Origin: an uncultured Candidatus Saccharibacteria bacterium
Lineage (GTDB): Bacteria; Patescibacteriota; Minisyncoccia; Phycocordibacterales; CSBR16-119
Assembly (NCBI GenBank): GCA_964426385.1
Contig: CAYRQF010000004.1
Coordinates: 12,573-76,572 of the forward strand
Direction of reading: 5' to 3'
Length of the DNA: 64,000 bases
Part shown: positions 16,501-25,543 of the stretch, piece after piece
Numbering within the stretch: the stretch's first letter is position 1
Layout of the letters: every line of letters starts with the position of its first letter
Translations under genes and position numbers: made by a program
The notes under the pieces: model-generated
What the model was told of the DNA's origin: nothing
What the model saw: the letters and a program-made list of their open reading frames with translations, nothing else
The model's database searches: none

Positions 16501-19040
16501 GAATCTCTTCCGGAAGAGTAAACTACGGCGACAAAAAAGAATCCCTCATAAATAAGATAAAGATTATCGAGAAGATGGCCGAAGCTCAGACGAAACTTTT
16601 CACTATGGGGCAGTTCAATGAGGTCGTCGAGAGCCAGAGTATGTTCAACAAGTTTAGCGTAACTATGAATAAGTGGCTTCCTGAGGCGGTAACGAACTTC
16701 TTCGATAAGCATGGTGATAATTCTAAATCAAACGACAGACTCGCCGATAGGTTCGATCGATCCCAGAAAGATAGCCAAGCCATGAAGGCAAAAGCCGCGC
16801 AGCTAACGCTCGCATTTGGCAAAGGTGCCGCGCTGGCGGCGACGGCATTCGGCGCTGGTTGGTTGGTGAGAGAGGGGTGGGACCTCATCGGTTCTGGTCC
16901 CGCTATACCAGGCAGAACAAATGATTTGATAGACGGTAGTGAGGGGGGCGGAAACGAGGTTCCTCGAACACCTACTCCTGGCGTGCCTGGTAGGCCGGCA
17001 GTTCCAGAGGGATATATTCCTGAGGCAGATAGGGAAACAGTTCCATCAGTACTCGATACAGTGCCTAAACCGCCGAGTTCGTCTGTGCTCGACAATGTAC
17101 CTAAACCACCAGAGCCTGGCGCAACTGTCGTAATAGAGGAAACTCCAGAGCCGAAAGCCCCCGAAGCAACAGACTCAACTCCAAAATCTCCGGAGACTAA
17201 GTCTCGGATGAAAGAAGTTCTCGGAACTCGAGATGACGGTCATTTGGATCTAGCGGAGATGAAGAAGAATTTCCAGATATCCAAAGACGCTTCAGGTGGG
17301 TTCGACATCGACATAAAGAACATTAACGATTTCGACAAGGTCAAAGCTTATATCAAGAATCCGATAAAGTTCGTAGATTTTTCACAGACTGACTTACCGG
17401 CAAATCTAGAGAAACCTCAGTGGGGTATCCAAGCCATGATCAGCGCCAAAGGTGAGATCAAGGAATTCTTGGCGACACAGCAGTATCTAGAAGAACTAGA
17501 GAAAGCCGATCCTAAATCTGGAGATATACCAGCACTCAAAGAGCACATGAAAGTCATGGGCGGGGAGATCAGAGCCAAGATGGCAGAATTCTACAGGAAG
17601 AATGCTGGGAAGGTTATAGAAGGAAAACTATTCAAGCCTTTCGAAGACTGGGTAGGGCCGACATCGGCTATTCCTAGCAGTATGGATGATGCGACCGCAA
17701 GTCTCGATGGTGGAGGCGGGTTCATCCCGCCAGAACCAGAGCAGGAATACACTGTCTATGATCCGAGCGAAACACCAAAGGTGCCTAGTCCTGAACCCGT
17801 CTCAACAGATACATCCGCTGGTCAAGAAGTCGTGACGTCACCACCCGCGCAGACCTATGAAGTCTGGACTCCTCCCGCGCCTGTCACAGAAGCGCCTACA
17901 CCTGTCGAAGCTCCGACTGAGTATAAAGTTTACGATTCAGGATTGGCACCTGAGTCAGTGGCGCCGACACCCGAACCTCAGCCTGAACCTGCGACAGAGT
18001 ATACGGTTTACAATCCAGGCATGGCGCCGGAAACTTCACCCGCCACTCCAACGCCAGAACCAGAACAGAAATACACCGTCTATGACCCTTCTGAAAAGAT
18101 AGCACCAGAGGTTACTAAAACAGCTAGTGGAGAGTACTCCCTCGAGAAAACTCCTACGAGTCGTGTCATAGAGGTAGACAATGAATACATGAAAGGCAAG
18201 ATAACTCTTGTTGAGGACAAGAGCGGAGTAGTAAAAGAAATATACGATGTAACTACTAAAGATCTTGATCCGGACAAATATTTCGTTGAAAATTGGAAGG
18301 ACGGCTTAACTGCAAAAGAAATCGAAGACAAAGAGATATTCTTGAGAGCGTATCTTAATAACCAAGATATGATAGTCGGCCAAGTTGTGGAGGAAGGAGA
18401 TAAGTTCTATAACGCTGTGGATGCCAGAGTCGATCTTTCGTTTGAAAAGATCAAAGACGTGCTGAAGACTGAACACATGATTGCTGAAGAGGCAGACACT
18501 CCAGAGGTTGCTTCGGGTAATGTTTCGGAGGCGACCATCTCGAAAGAGGAAATGGACGTTGCCAAAGAATCCGGCGTCGAAGTCGAAGAAGCACCTCGGC
18601 CTATCGAGAGTACTCAACATGGTGAGTTAAAAGGCGAATACGTCTCAGAACTTCAGACTTCTCCGACTGAGAGAGTTATCAGCTTTAACAATCCTGACGG
18701 TGAAGTCCGTGGACAGATTCAAATAGTGTATGACGAGAAAACTGGAGAGGTTGAGGGTGTTAAATACAGTAAAGACACGGGAAGCCTCTTCTCTGTTAGG
18801 CAGGAGGTTGTTTGGGCAGAGCATATGGAGGATAATTGGCGTAATAATCTCGGTACCAGGTCATCAATGGGGGTAGAGATCGAGGCTAAAAGATACATAA
18901 GATACAAGGGTATACTGCAGTCCTGTGGTTTCAAACCAGGTACTCCAGAGTATAAATACTTTAACGGGGAGTTAGAGGCTATCATCAAAAAGTCTGGCAA
19001 ATTCATCAAAGAAGAAACCATTTTCCCTTCAAAGGGCTAA
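13518..19040 (+). CDS. giant (1840 aa) hypothetical protein with SAP-like motif, Lys/Glu-rich coiled regions, a Gly/Ala hydrophobic segment and tandem Pro-rich 'EYTVYDP' repeats
   Basis: Uninterrupted 5.5-kb ORF. SAP-like IIEALQDRGLSTTGTPDQLIERLLNAGI near the N-terminus. Five repeats of the form (E/Q)(Y)(T/K)VYD(P/S)...PxPEP at aa ~1420-1560. No N-terminal signal peptide. Confidence 0.7.
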   Translation: MSSREIPPNSGPNPSEGSSDSPEKSESRQREENEKATIESIVAKKMSGQPLSASEEAQYGTKDIAKKVDKEIVRLSKEAIKSTKPDLPPGRQRTGKLKANGGLDSLAAVSQRMKDKQELERIHAEAPEEIIEALQDRGLSTTGTPDQLIERLLNAGIDLADSPEEHKPVTVQVEAKKAPDIRALNAERRKKEAELRSIGLSVNPVVSAEAAVEASTSSEADKNEKVAEIVGSIKATLEKESVPTTERPSEVKKDSKQENIIPIEDLARMEKFVLRRRAGAPIEEDEVRLFNKYEKEINTLLSKPEVKKEESKKSEPESKPLVQEKVTDEQIGDVARAIGVAGVKVENLPENQKRIYQAYKDRIDALVVRISPPDKEAVKSLGGAQKINFFREQTKAGILPKNEENEDFLYKNFNEIVNDDETKLAYFAADFVENGDNPERTTENQVFINQNIDAINAKIKDFGGTTFFTKQEAAPAPVVAPEEAPKPQQPEKKSVSLAEQIKDYVYRYTHWEDMSSPEDRQFHADNGPAINEAIAVFAKQVEDLAKDMFINEMTEQQLSAEKLKFYKENEQNVDIAISRLAKGERNFEKNVAEVHANVVEDKKRIAGLIKDPEVQELITKMNLDMQYVYSLSPEFFDLDSNKQIYILDKIRQKISLDATFEAEDRVKKQLGRKAKSPLDWFNKRIELLTKEFQETKARREVIDEAKNSGLGDYAGDIEAMTKHVAKLDMNISYSAEGKPILEYVNPKSFEWDPEYIKRFKKSESPVEYVNRFNEAATAVSEMPHEWSQPNANIIDKMKYKKAWAKYEVQRDILFGAVVEQKKKEIPDNEEEASKSAMEWMTMMNSKVRMNQLLTEYPEIEQFENKGPSFNPEDLNSKEFQWTGKKALFAAGWFTKDLVRDNWAEVSAAIFAGGLGGLLGLRKKWVEYDDAEKRKRYGQAVGGKNIEKGIKKFINAGETADRLQWFLDKIESPEPGENIEKFAERLKNHLAIIDERISSGRVNYGDKKESLINKIKIIEKMAEAQTKLFTMGQFNEVVESQSMFNKFSVTMNKWLPEAVTNFFDKHGDNSKSNDRLADRFDRSQKDSQAMKAKAAQLTLAFGKGAALAATAFGAGWLVREGWDLIGSGPAIPGRTNDLIDGSEGGGNEVPRTPTPGVPGRPAVPEGYIPEADRETVPSVLDTVPKPPSSSVLDNVPKPPEPGATVVIEETPEPKAPEATDSTPKSPETKSRMKEVLGTRDDGHLDLAEMKKNFQISKDASGGFDIDIKNINDFDKVKAYIKNPIKFVDFSQTDLPANLEKPQWGIQAMISAKGEIKEFLATQQYLEELEKADPKSGDIPALKEHMKVMGGEIRAKMAEFYRKNAGKVIEGKLFKPFEDWVGPTSAIPSSMDDATASLDGGGGFIPPEPEQEYTVYDPSETPKVPSPEPVSTDTSAGQEVVTSPPAQTYEVWTPPAPVTEAPTPVEAPTEYKVYDSGLAPESVAPTPEPQPEPATEYTVYNPGMAPETSPATPTPEPEQKYTVYDPSEKIAPEVTKTASGEYSLEKTPTSRVIEVDNEYMKGKITLVEDKSGVVKEIYDVTTKDLDPDKYFVENWKDGLTAKEIEDKEIFLRAYLNNQDMIVGQVVEEGDKFYNAVDARVDLSFEKIKDVLKTEHMIAEEADTPEVASGNVSEATISKEEMDVAKESGVEVEEAPRPIESTQHGELKGEYVSELQTSPTERVISFNNPDGEVRGQIQIVYDEKTGEVEGVKYSKDTGSLFSVRQEVVWAEHMEDNWRNNLGTRSSMGVEIEAKRYIRYKGILQSCGFKPGTPEYKYFNGELEAIIKKSGKFIKEETIFPSKG

Positions 19041-19066
19041 GCGCTTTTGTGTTATAGTGTCTACTT

Positions 19067-21007
19067 ATGGACTATCTGAGTGGACTAAATGAGAGGCAAA
19101 AAGAGGCGGTGCTCCACAAGGACGGCGCGCTTTTGATTGTAGCCGGAGCTGGAGCCGGCAAGACGAAAACTATCACTCATCGTATCGCTTATCTCATCGA
19201 GCAGGGGGTTGTTCCGGAGTCTATACTCGCCGTTACTTTCACCAACAAAGCTGCCAAAGAGATGCAGGAGCGGGTGCAGTCGCTCGTTGATTTCTCAGGT
19301 TATCCTGGTCGACCGGTTATCTGTACGTTTCACTCGCTCGGTGTACGGATCATCAAGGATAATGCCAAACTTCTAGGTCTCAGTCGTCATTTTGCCATCC
19401 TCGACGACTCGGATTCGATGTCCATTATCAAAGAATCCATGAAAGAGCTCGGGCTCGACACGAAGACTAGTTCTCCGCGACTCATTCGTAGCGTCATCTC
19501 AAAGAACAAGAACAATTTTGTAAGTCCAGACGAGTTCGCTCAGAATATCAAGTCTCATGTAGGGCAAATCACACTCTCAGTGTGGCGTAAGTATGAGGAG
19601 AAGAAATCAAAAGAGGGCGGTCTAGATTTTGACGATCTGTTACTCAAGACAGTGCTCATCCTCGAGAAGCACCCAGAAGTATTGGCGGGATATCAGGACA
19701 GGTTTCGCTACATCCATATCGACGAGTATCAGGATACGAACAAAGTTCAGTATATGTTGACGAAAATGCTCGCCGACAAGTATGGCAACATATGCGTCGT
19801 GGGCGACAGTGATCAAAATATCTACAGTTGGCGCGGAGCTGACATCGTTAACATCCTCAATTTCGAAGAAGACTATCCGAATGCGAAAGTTGTACTTCTC
19901 GAAGAGAATTATCGCTCGACTAAAAATATCCTCGGGGTGGCGAATGCCATCATAAAGAAGAACGTCCAGCGTAAGGAGAAGAATCTTTTTACTGAGAACA
20001 AAGAAGGGGAGCTCATATCTATATTCGAAGCATATAACGACCGACTTGAGGCTGAGTTTATAGCCGAACGCATCGTAGCTCTCGTTGACCAGGGGACGAA
20101 GTGCGAAGATATCGCGGTACTGTATCGGGCGAATTTTCAATCTCGAATACTAGAAGAACAGATGCTGCTCTACAGCGTTCCTTATCAGGTGCTCGGAGTT
20201 AAGTTTTTTGACCGCAAAGAAGTCAAAGACGTTCTGTCATACTTACGATTATCGCTTAATAGAGATTCTATTTCCGATTTGCGCCGAGCTATCGCATATC
20301 CGAAAAGGGGACTCGGTCCGACAACTCTGGCAAAAATAGTCACAGGCAAGAGTGCCGAACTACCAGCTAAGACTCTGCAGAAAGTAAACGAGTTTTATGA
20401 GTCTCTCGACAAGATTCGTGAGTACAGTGAGAGCCATCTACCATCAGAAACTATCAAATACATCATAAAAGCTTCCGGTATCGAGGCAGATCTGACGAAG
20501 AGTCGCACCGAAGAGGACCTCGAGCGTCTAGAAAACATCAAGGAAATAGTGACTTTCGCGGCAAAATACGATTCATTTCCACCACTCGAGGGTGTCGAGA
20601 AGCTCCTCGAAGAGTCTGCTCTGGTATCTGACCAAGACTCGCTCTCGGTTGAGTCAGAGGCTAGGAAGGAGAAGAACAAGCGTGGAGTGAAGCTCATGAC
20701 CGTGCATGCATCCAAAGGTCTAGAGTTCGAATATGTTTTCATTGTCGGTCTCGAGCATGAACTGTTTCCGCACGTCCGCGAGGGTGGCACTGATGCTGAT
20801 ATGGAAGAAGAGCGTCGATTGTTCTATGTCGCGGTAACTCGAGCCAAGGAGAAGCTCTTCCTTTCGTATGCGACACTCCGAATGCTGTTCGGCGAGACTA
20901 GACTTCAGGCTCCTTCGTCGTTTCTCCAGGATGTGCCGATGGATCTAGTCATCCGCGAGGAGAGGGAGTCGAGCGGGTTTGGTAATAATGTCGTGTACCT
21001 CGATTAG
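19067..21007 (+). CDS. pcrA: UvrD/PcrA-family ATP-dependent DNA helicase
   Basis: Helicase motifs Walker A AGAGAGKTKTITHRIAYL, CTFHSLG, and DEYQDTN (motif II), plus the C-terminal VTRAK. Confidence 0.9.
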   Translation: MDYLSGLNERQKEAVLHKDGALLIVAGAGAGKTKTITHRIAYLIEQGVVPESILAVTFTNKAAKEMQERVQSLVDFSGYPGRPVICTFHSLGVRIIKDNAKLLGLSRHFAILDDSDSMSIIKESMKELGLDTKTSSPRLIRSVISKNKNNFVSPDEFAQNIKSHVGQITLSVWRKYEEKKSKEGGLDFDDLLLKTVLILEKHPEVLAGYQDRFRYIHIDEYQDTNKVQYMLTKMLADKYGNICVVGDSDQNIYSWRGADIVNILNFEEDYPNAKVVLLEENYRSTKNILGVANAIIKKNVQRKEKNLFTENKEGELISIFEAYNDRLEAEFIAERIVALVDQGTKCEDIAVLYRANFQSRILEEQMLLYSVPYQVLGVKFFDRKEVKDVLSYLRLSLNRDSISDLRRAIAYPKRGLGPTTLAKIVTGKSAELPAKTLQKVNEFYESLDKIREYSESHLPSETIKYIIKASGIEADLTKSRTEEDLERLENIKEIVTFAAKYDSFPPLEGVEKLLEESALVSDQDSLSVESEARKEKNKRGVKLMTVHASKGLEFEYVFIVGLEHELFPHVREGGTDADMEEERRLFYVAVTRAKEKLFLSYATLRMLFGETRLQAPSSFLQDVPMDLVIREERESSGFGNNVVYLD

Positions 21008-21056
21008 GTACACGACGAGGTTATAGGAAATAGGTCTTAGGTTATAGAATAAACAT

Positions 21057-21866
21057 ATGAGAGCAAAGAAATCCCTCGGACAAAATTTTTTAAAATCAGC
21101 GAAAGCCCTAGGTGATATTGTGCGTGCCGGAAATGTCTCTCTAGGCGACATGGTTCTCGAAATCGGACCAGGGAAGGGGGCTCTCACCGAGAAACTCCTA
21201 GAAACAGGCGCAAAAGTTTTTGCAATTGAAAAAGATCGTGAACTGGTTCCTTTGCTTGCGGAGAAGTTCGCTACTTACATCGATTCTGGTAAACTAACTA
21301 TTGTCGAGGCAGATATTCTAGAATTCAATCCATTAGACTACAAACTACTTACTACAAACTACAAACTCATCGGCAACATTCCGTACTATATCACTGGTGC
21401 TATTATTCGGAAATTCCTGGAGTCAGATTACCAGCCGACTCTTGCGGTGTTCCTAGTCCAAAAAGAGGTTGCTGAACGGGTCATCGCCCGAGATAGCAAG
21501 GAGTCCATCCTGTCGCTGTCAGTCAAAGCCTATGGCAAGCCGAACATGATAGGTAAGGTTTCAAAGCGGTATTTTGCCCCAGAGCCGAAAGTAGACTCGG
21601 CCATCCTCCTCATAGCCGATATCAATAAAGATAATTTTAAAAACGTTAGAGAGATTGATTTTTTCAGCGTGGTAAAAACTGCCTTCGGGCAGAAAAGGAA
21701 GACTTTAGTTAAAAACCTCGAGAATCTGGGCCTAAATAAGGAAATAATCATGAAAAGCCTCACAGGTAATGGCGTCCCTGACAAAGCTAGGGCCGAAGAT
21801 CTATCTATAGAGACATTTATACAGCTGAGTAAATCCCTCTTTCCCCAAAACGGCACACGGAAATAG
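21057..21866 (+). CDS. rsmA: 16S rRNA (adenine1518/1519-N6)-dimethyltransferase
   Basis: KSLGQNFLKS...VLEIGPGKGALTEKLLE matches the KsgA/RsmA SAM-binding signature. Confidence 0.9.
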   Translation: MRAKKSLGQNFLKSAKALGDIVRAGNVSLGDMVLEIGPGKGALTEKLLETGAKVFAIEKDRELVPLLAEKFATYIDSGKLTIVEADILEFNPLDYKLLTTNYKLIGNIPYYITGAIIRKFLESDYQPTLAVFLVQKEVAERVIARDSKESILSLSVKAYGKPNMIGKVSKRYFAPEPKVDSAILLIADINKDNFKNVREIDFFSVVKTAFGQKRKTLVKNLENLGLNKEIIMKSLTGNGVPDKARAEDLSIETFIQLSKSLFPQNGTRK

Positions 21867-21889
21867 CCAGAAGGATATATAATCAAAGG

Positions 21890-22252
21890 GTGAAATATAT
21901 AAGACCAGTATTAATTATTTCTCTTGTAGTCATTCCGGCAATCACATTTGCATTTTCGCTATCACCATTGAAACCTCTGGGTGGTAAAATCATAACAGCT
22001 CCTACGCCTGGAGTTTCGTGTCCAGCCGGTAAACAACCAGGCAGTCCTTTTACTGTTGTTCCAGCAGGTAGTGGGCCATCTTGGCTTTTGGTTGGGGACT
22101 ATCATCCTATTTCAAACCACTTTATGTTAGCGCCCAACGAATGGATACTAGGGCTTTATATAGCAACTCCTTTACCGGAATGCACAACACAGTCACTACC
22201 TCCAGTACCGGTAAGTGGCTACAGAACATTCTTTAACGGAACTTCGCGTTAA
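21890..22252 (+). CDS. small secreted hypothetical protein (first gene of secretion-like cluster)
   Basis: N-terminal signal peptide MKYIRPVLIISLVVIPAITFA and a Pro/Gly-rich mature region. Confidence 0.5.
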   Translation: MKYIRPVLIISLVVIPAITFAFSLSPLKPLGGKIITAPTPGVSCPAGKQPGSPFTVVPAGSGPSWLLVGDYHPISNHFMLAPNEWILGLYIATPLPECTTQSLPPVPVSGYRTFFNGTSR

Positions 22253-22261
22253 TACTTAGCC

Positions 22262-23167
22262 ATGATTTCAAAATACCTCCCAAGTAAGAAATTCGTCAAA
22301 GTCATGGGCGTGGTAATAATTACCGGCGTCGTGATTTTGGCGGTAGCTATGCTCGTCAGTCGTCGGCAAACTTTTGAGAATAAAAACGATGAGTCTCTAT
22401 TTCTCGTTGAGGGTGCAATAGAGAATTTTTATAACACAGATACGGATAAGGACGGAGTCTATGATTGGGAAGAGGGTCTGTGGGGAACGGATCCATTCAA
22501 TAAAGACACTGACAGTGACGGGGTGACAGACGGAGAAGAGATCGGTTCTAACAAAGAAGAGATACGCGAGAAGAATAATCTCGGGGGGGAGGTCACCGCC
22601 TCTGAGGACTTGAATCAGACTGAGATATTTGCTCGGCAACTATTCTCAGCAGCATCACTTGCCGGACAGCAAGGCGGCCTTTCTCAGGAGTCTATGGAGG
22701 CGTTCTCTAAATCTTTTGGTGGTGCCATTTCCGACTCCAAGATAAAAGATCCTTTCACATTGTCTGATCTAAAGCTTACAGCCGTGAGTCCTGTCGACTA
22801 CAAGACCAGCCTCGGTGAAGCTTTTGACCCATACTTGCAAGCCGGGATTAATCCACTCAACGTTATATATAGATTCTCTAATGGCGACACTGCAGTTTCT
22901 GGAGATATAGATCAGCTTTCGGAGATTTATAACGGTATCTCGAATTCTTTGCTTGCGATTCCAACACCGCATAACGCCGCTGGCATCCAGTTGTCTTTGA
23001 TAAACACAACAGCAAAACTCTCTTTGGCATTTATAAACATGAAACACATAGAAGATGATCCGATACTCGCCGTCGTTGGTTTCTATCAGTATCAGGAATA
23101 CTCAGTAGAGCTCGAGAATACCCTCGAAAAATTGAAGAGTTATTTTAACTCAAGTGGTATAATCTAA
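22262..23167 (+). CDS. membrane-anchored hypothetical protein with Asp-rich Ca-binding-like repeats
   Basis: N-terminal TM segment. DTDKDGVYDWEE...DTDSDGVTDGEE resembles thrombospondin-type-3/dockerin-like DxDxDG motifs. Confidence 0.55.
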   Translation: MISKYLPSKKFVKVMGVVIITGVVILAVAMLVSRRQTFENKNDESLFLVEGAIENFYNTDTDKDGVYDWEEGLWGTDPFNKDTDSDGVTDGEEIGSNKEEIREKNNLGGEVTASEDLNQTEIFARQLFSAASLAGQQGGLSQESMEAFSKSFGGAISDSKIKDPFTLSDLKLTAVSPVDYKTSLGEAFDPYLQAGINPLNVIYRFSNGDTAVSGDIDQLSEIYNGISNSLLAIPTPHNAAGIQLSLINTTAKLSLAFINMKHIEDDPILAVVGFYQYQEYSVELENTLEKLKSYFNSSGII

Positions 23168-23176
23168 TCGTATTTT

Positions 23177-25465
23177 ATGAAATTCGCAATTAAGCTACTC
23201 AAGAAAACATTCTGCCTCGTCCTGATTGCATCACTGTTCAGTCAGACTGCGCTAGTTTTTTCTCCTGAGTATGTGGAGGCTCAAGGGGTGGGCGGGGGCG
23301 CCTCAGGACAGGTTAGCACAGGCTTCGGAGCCTCGGGCATAATAGGTACCGCTCTAAACTGTTCAGGTGTGATGGATAAGCTGGCCGGCGCACTCAGCGG
23401 CCTGTTCAAAGTTACTGTAAAAGAAGTGCCTGTAGGGGATAATACAAACAACACTAAAGAGGGTTGCCTTGACAGTATCGCTCACGAAATCGTCGTCCGT
23501 ATCATGGATAAGATAACTCTAGCTACTGTTGATTGGATCAATAATGGTTTCGAGGGTCAGCCACTTTTCCTAGAAGACCCTCAGAAATTCTTTGAAAACG
23601 TGGCCGCTCGCGAGATTAACTCTCTGACCGGTTGGTTTACAGCTAGCCCAGAGGGCTACCCGTTCGGGCAGATTGTTATGACAACAATACTTACGAATCT
23701 ACAATCACAGTTCTCCCAGAACGTTCAGTTCTCACTGAACGAAGTATTGGCACATGGAACATATGAAGATTTCAGATTCAATTTCAATGTCGGCGGATGG
23801 GCCGGCTATTCAGCTTTTTATAAACCAAATAACAACCCTTTTGGTAACTATTTACTTGTTAACCGAGAACTCGGTAGGAAGATCGGAGGGACGACTATTA
23901 CTGTCGGTGACAACTATAGTAAACAGATTCAGCAGTCTGGAGGATTCTTGAATCAGAGAAAGTGTGTAGTGTCAGGAACAGGTAACAACGACTATATCCC
24001 AGAAGACGATGAGTCAGGGTACCATATACCATCAGGTGGCATGCCTACGATCGCCCTCTGGGAGTTCTTGATTGGCGCCGATCAGGGTACACCGGCATTT
24101 CAGAGCGTTTACGACCAACTCCAGCCGGGATTCACTGGACCACTCACCGCACAGGCCACAGACGTTCAGGCTCAGATAGAAAACTATGAACTACGCAGTA
24201 CATGTCGCGAGTGGAAAACTATTACGCCAGGCAAGGTGGTTTCAGATCAGCTGACATCCGCACTCAACATACCTACGAATCAGTTGATACAGGCCGACGA
24301 GGTCAGTGAGAACCTCGCGCTCATTTTCGACGCGTTACTACTTCAGTTGGTAAACACAGGACTACGATCCCTCGACGGGGATGATCCTTCTACGAACGTT
24401 GCGTTGGCACAGGTCCAGGGCTTACAGCCAGGGCAGGTTTCAAACGGTCAGACCCCTCCTCCATCGGTTGATACAATAACTGGAACAGGATATTCACAAG
24501 AGCCATTAGTTCTGGTGCAACAGTCCTATATTCAGCAGGCTCAGCAAGCTATGCCAGTTCTGGATAATTTAATACGTAAGATTAAAGCTTTGGATTATTG
24601 TGTACCCGGACCGCACCCTTCTTGGGTTGATGAGGCTCAGCAAAACTTAGAGAATTCATTACTCAGTGTCGGGGCTTTTGCCTCCAGTAACCCAGACCCT
24701 CAGGACGCCGAAGATGAGAATCAAGATTACTACGCTAGCGTTATCCAGAGTCTAACCGGTATAACAATAGAACAAAGCCCGGCGATGCATAACCATACTC
24801 AGTTTATGGATTTTATGAACAACCTTTACGCAAAATATTCCGAAAAGATGCTAAATCCTAGTGACGCTGGATATAATCGATTCTTGACCCCGCCTTCTAC
24901 CAGAATATTCCTGGAAAATCTATTGAATGAGATGCAGGTTTACCAAGCCTCGTATGATGATCTAAATGAATATCTTAATAACATTACCTCATATTTACCA
25001 ACACTTATATCTATAGAGGCAACTATAAATAACATCGCACAGACTAACGGTGGAATAGTTGATCCGACCAACCCACAGGTTCAGGCGCAGATATCATTGT
25101 TTGAGAGTATCAATAGTCATTTCGCCACGGAAGCACAGCTCAGTGATTTGCAGACAAATTACGTATTGTTCCAGAACAGGGAGACCACAGTAAACAGTCA
25201 TTTGGATAGCTGTATAACCGAAACGGTGGTTGGGCCATACAATAATCCGAATAATAGGGTGGCTTATCCAGCTGCGATATTCCCATATGTACACAGTGTC
25301 TCATTGGTACCACTTCCGGGCCCGAACGACAGCTTCTTCGATGGAATTCAATTTGCTGGCAATACAAACAACGGCAACATAGATGTTACTTTTGGTGGGG
25401 TCAATATCAATGCAGGTGCGACACTTGACACATTCGAAGACCAGGTTCTCCAGTCCATCTACTAG
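23177..25465 (+). CDS. large secreted hypothetical protein (762 aa, Gln/Asn-rich)
   Basis: Signal peptide MKFAIKLLKKTFCLVLIASLFSQTALVFSPEYVEA. No recognisable catalytic motifs. Confidence 0.6.
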   Translation: MKFAIKLLKKTFCLVLIASLFSQTALVFSPEYVEAQGVGGGASGQVSTGFGASGIIGTALNCSGVMDKLAGALSGLFKVTVKEVPVGDNTNNTKEGCLDSIAHEIVVRIMDKITLATVDWINNGFEGQPLFLEDPQKFFENVAAREINSLTGWFTASPEGYPFGQIVMTTILTNLQSQFSQNVQFSLNEVLAHGTYEDFRFNFNVGGWAGYSAFYKPNNNPFGNYLLVNRELGRKIGGTTITVGDNYSKQIQQSGGFLNQRKCVVSGTGNNDYIPEDDESGYHIPSGGMPTIALWEFLIGADQGTPAFQSVYDQLQPGFTGPLTAQATDVQAQIENYELRSTCREWKTITPGKVVSDQLTSALNIPTNQLIQADEVSENLALIFDALLLQLVNTGLRSLDGDDPSTNVALAQVQGLQPGQVSNGQTPPPSVDTITGTGYSQEPLVLVQQSYIQQAQQAMPVLDNLIRKIKALDYCVPGPHPSWVDEAQQNLENSLLSVGAFASSNPDPQDAEDENQDYYASVIQSLTGITIEQSPAMHNHTQFMDFMNNLYAKYSEKMLNPSDAGYNRFLTPPSTRIFLENLLNEMQVYQASYDDLNEYLNNITSYLPTLISIEATINNIAQTNGGIVDPTNPQVQAQISLFESINSHFATEAQLSDLQTNYVLFQNRETTVNSHLDSCITETVVGPYNNPNNRVAYPAAIFPYVHSVSLVPLPGPNDSFFDGIQFAGNTNNGNIDVTFGGVNINAGATLDTFEDQVLQSIY

Positions 25466-25543
25466 CGTGGTATTTACACACATATTTTACCTAGAACCAC
25501 TTGGCCAGGTGGTATAATCTGGTCATTGCACTAGGCAGTTTAT

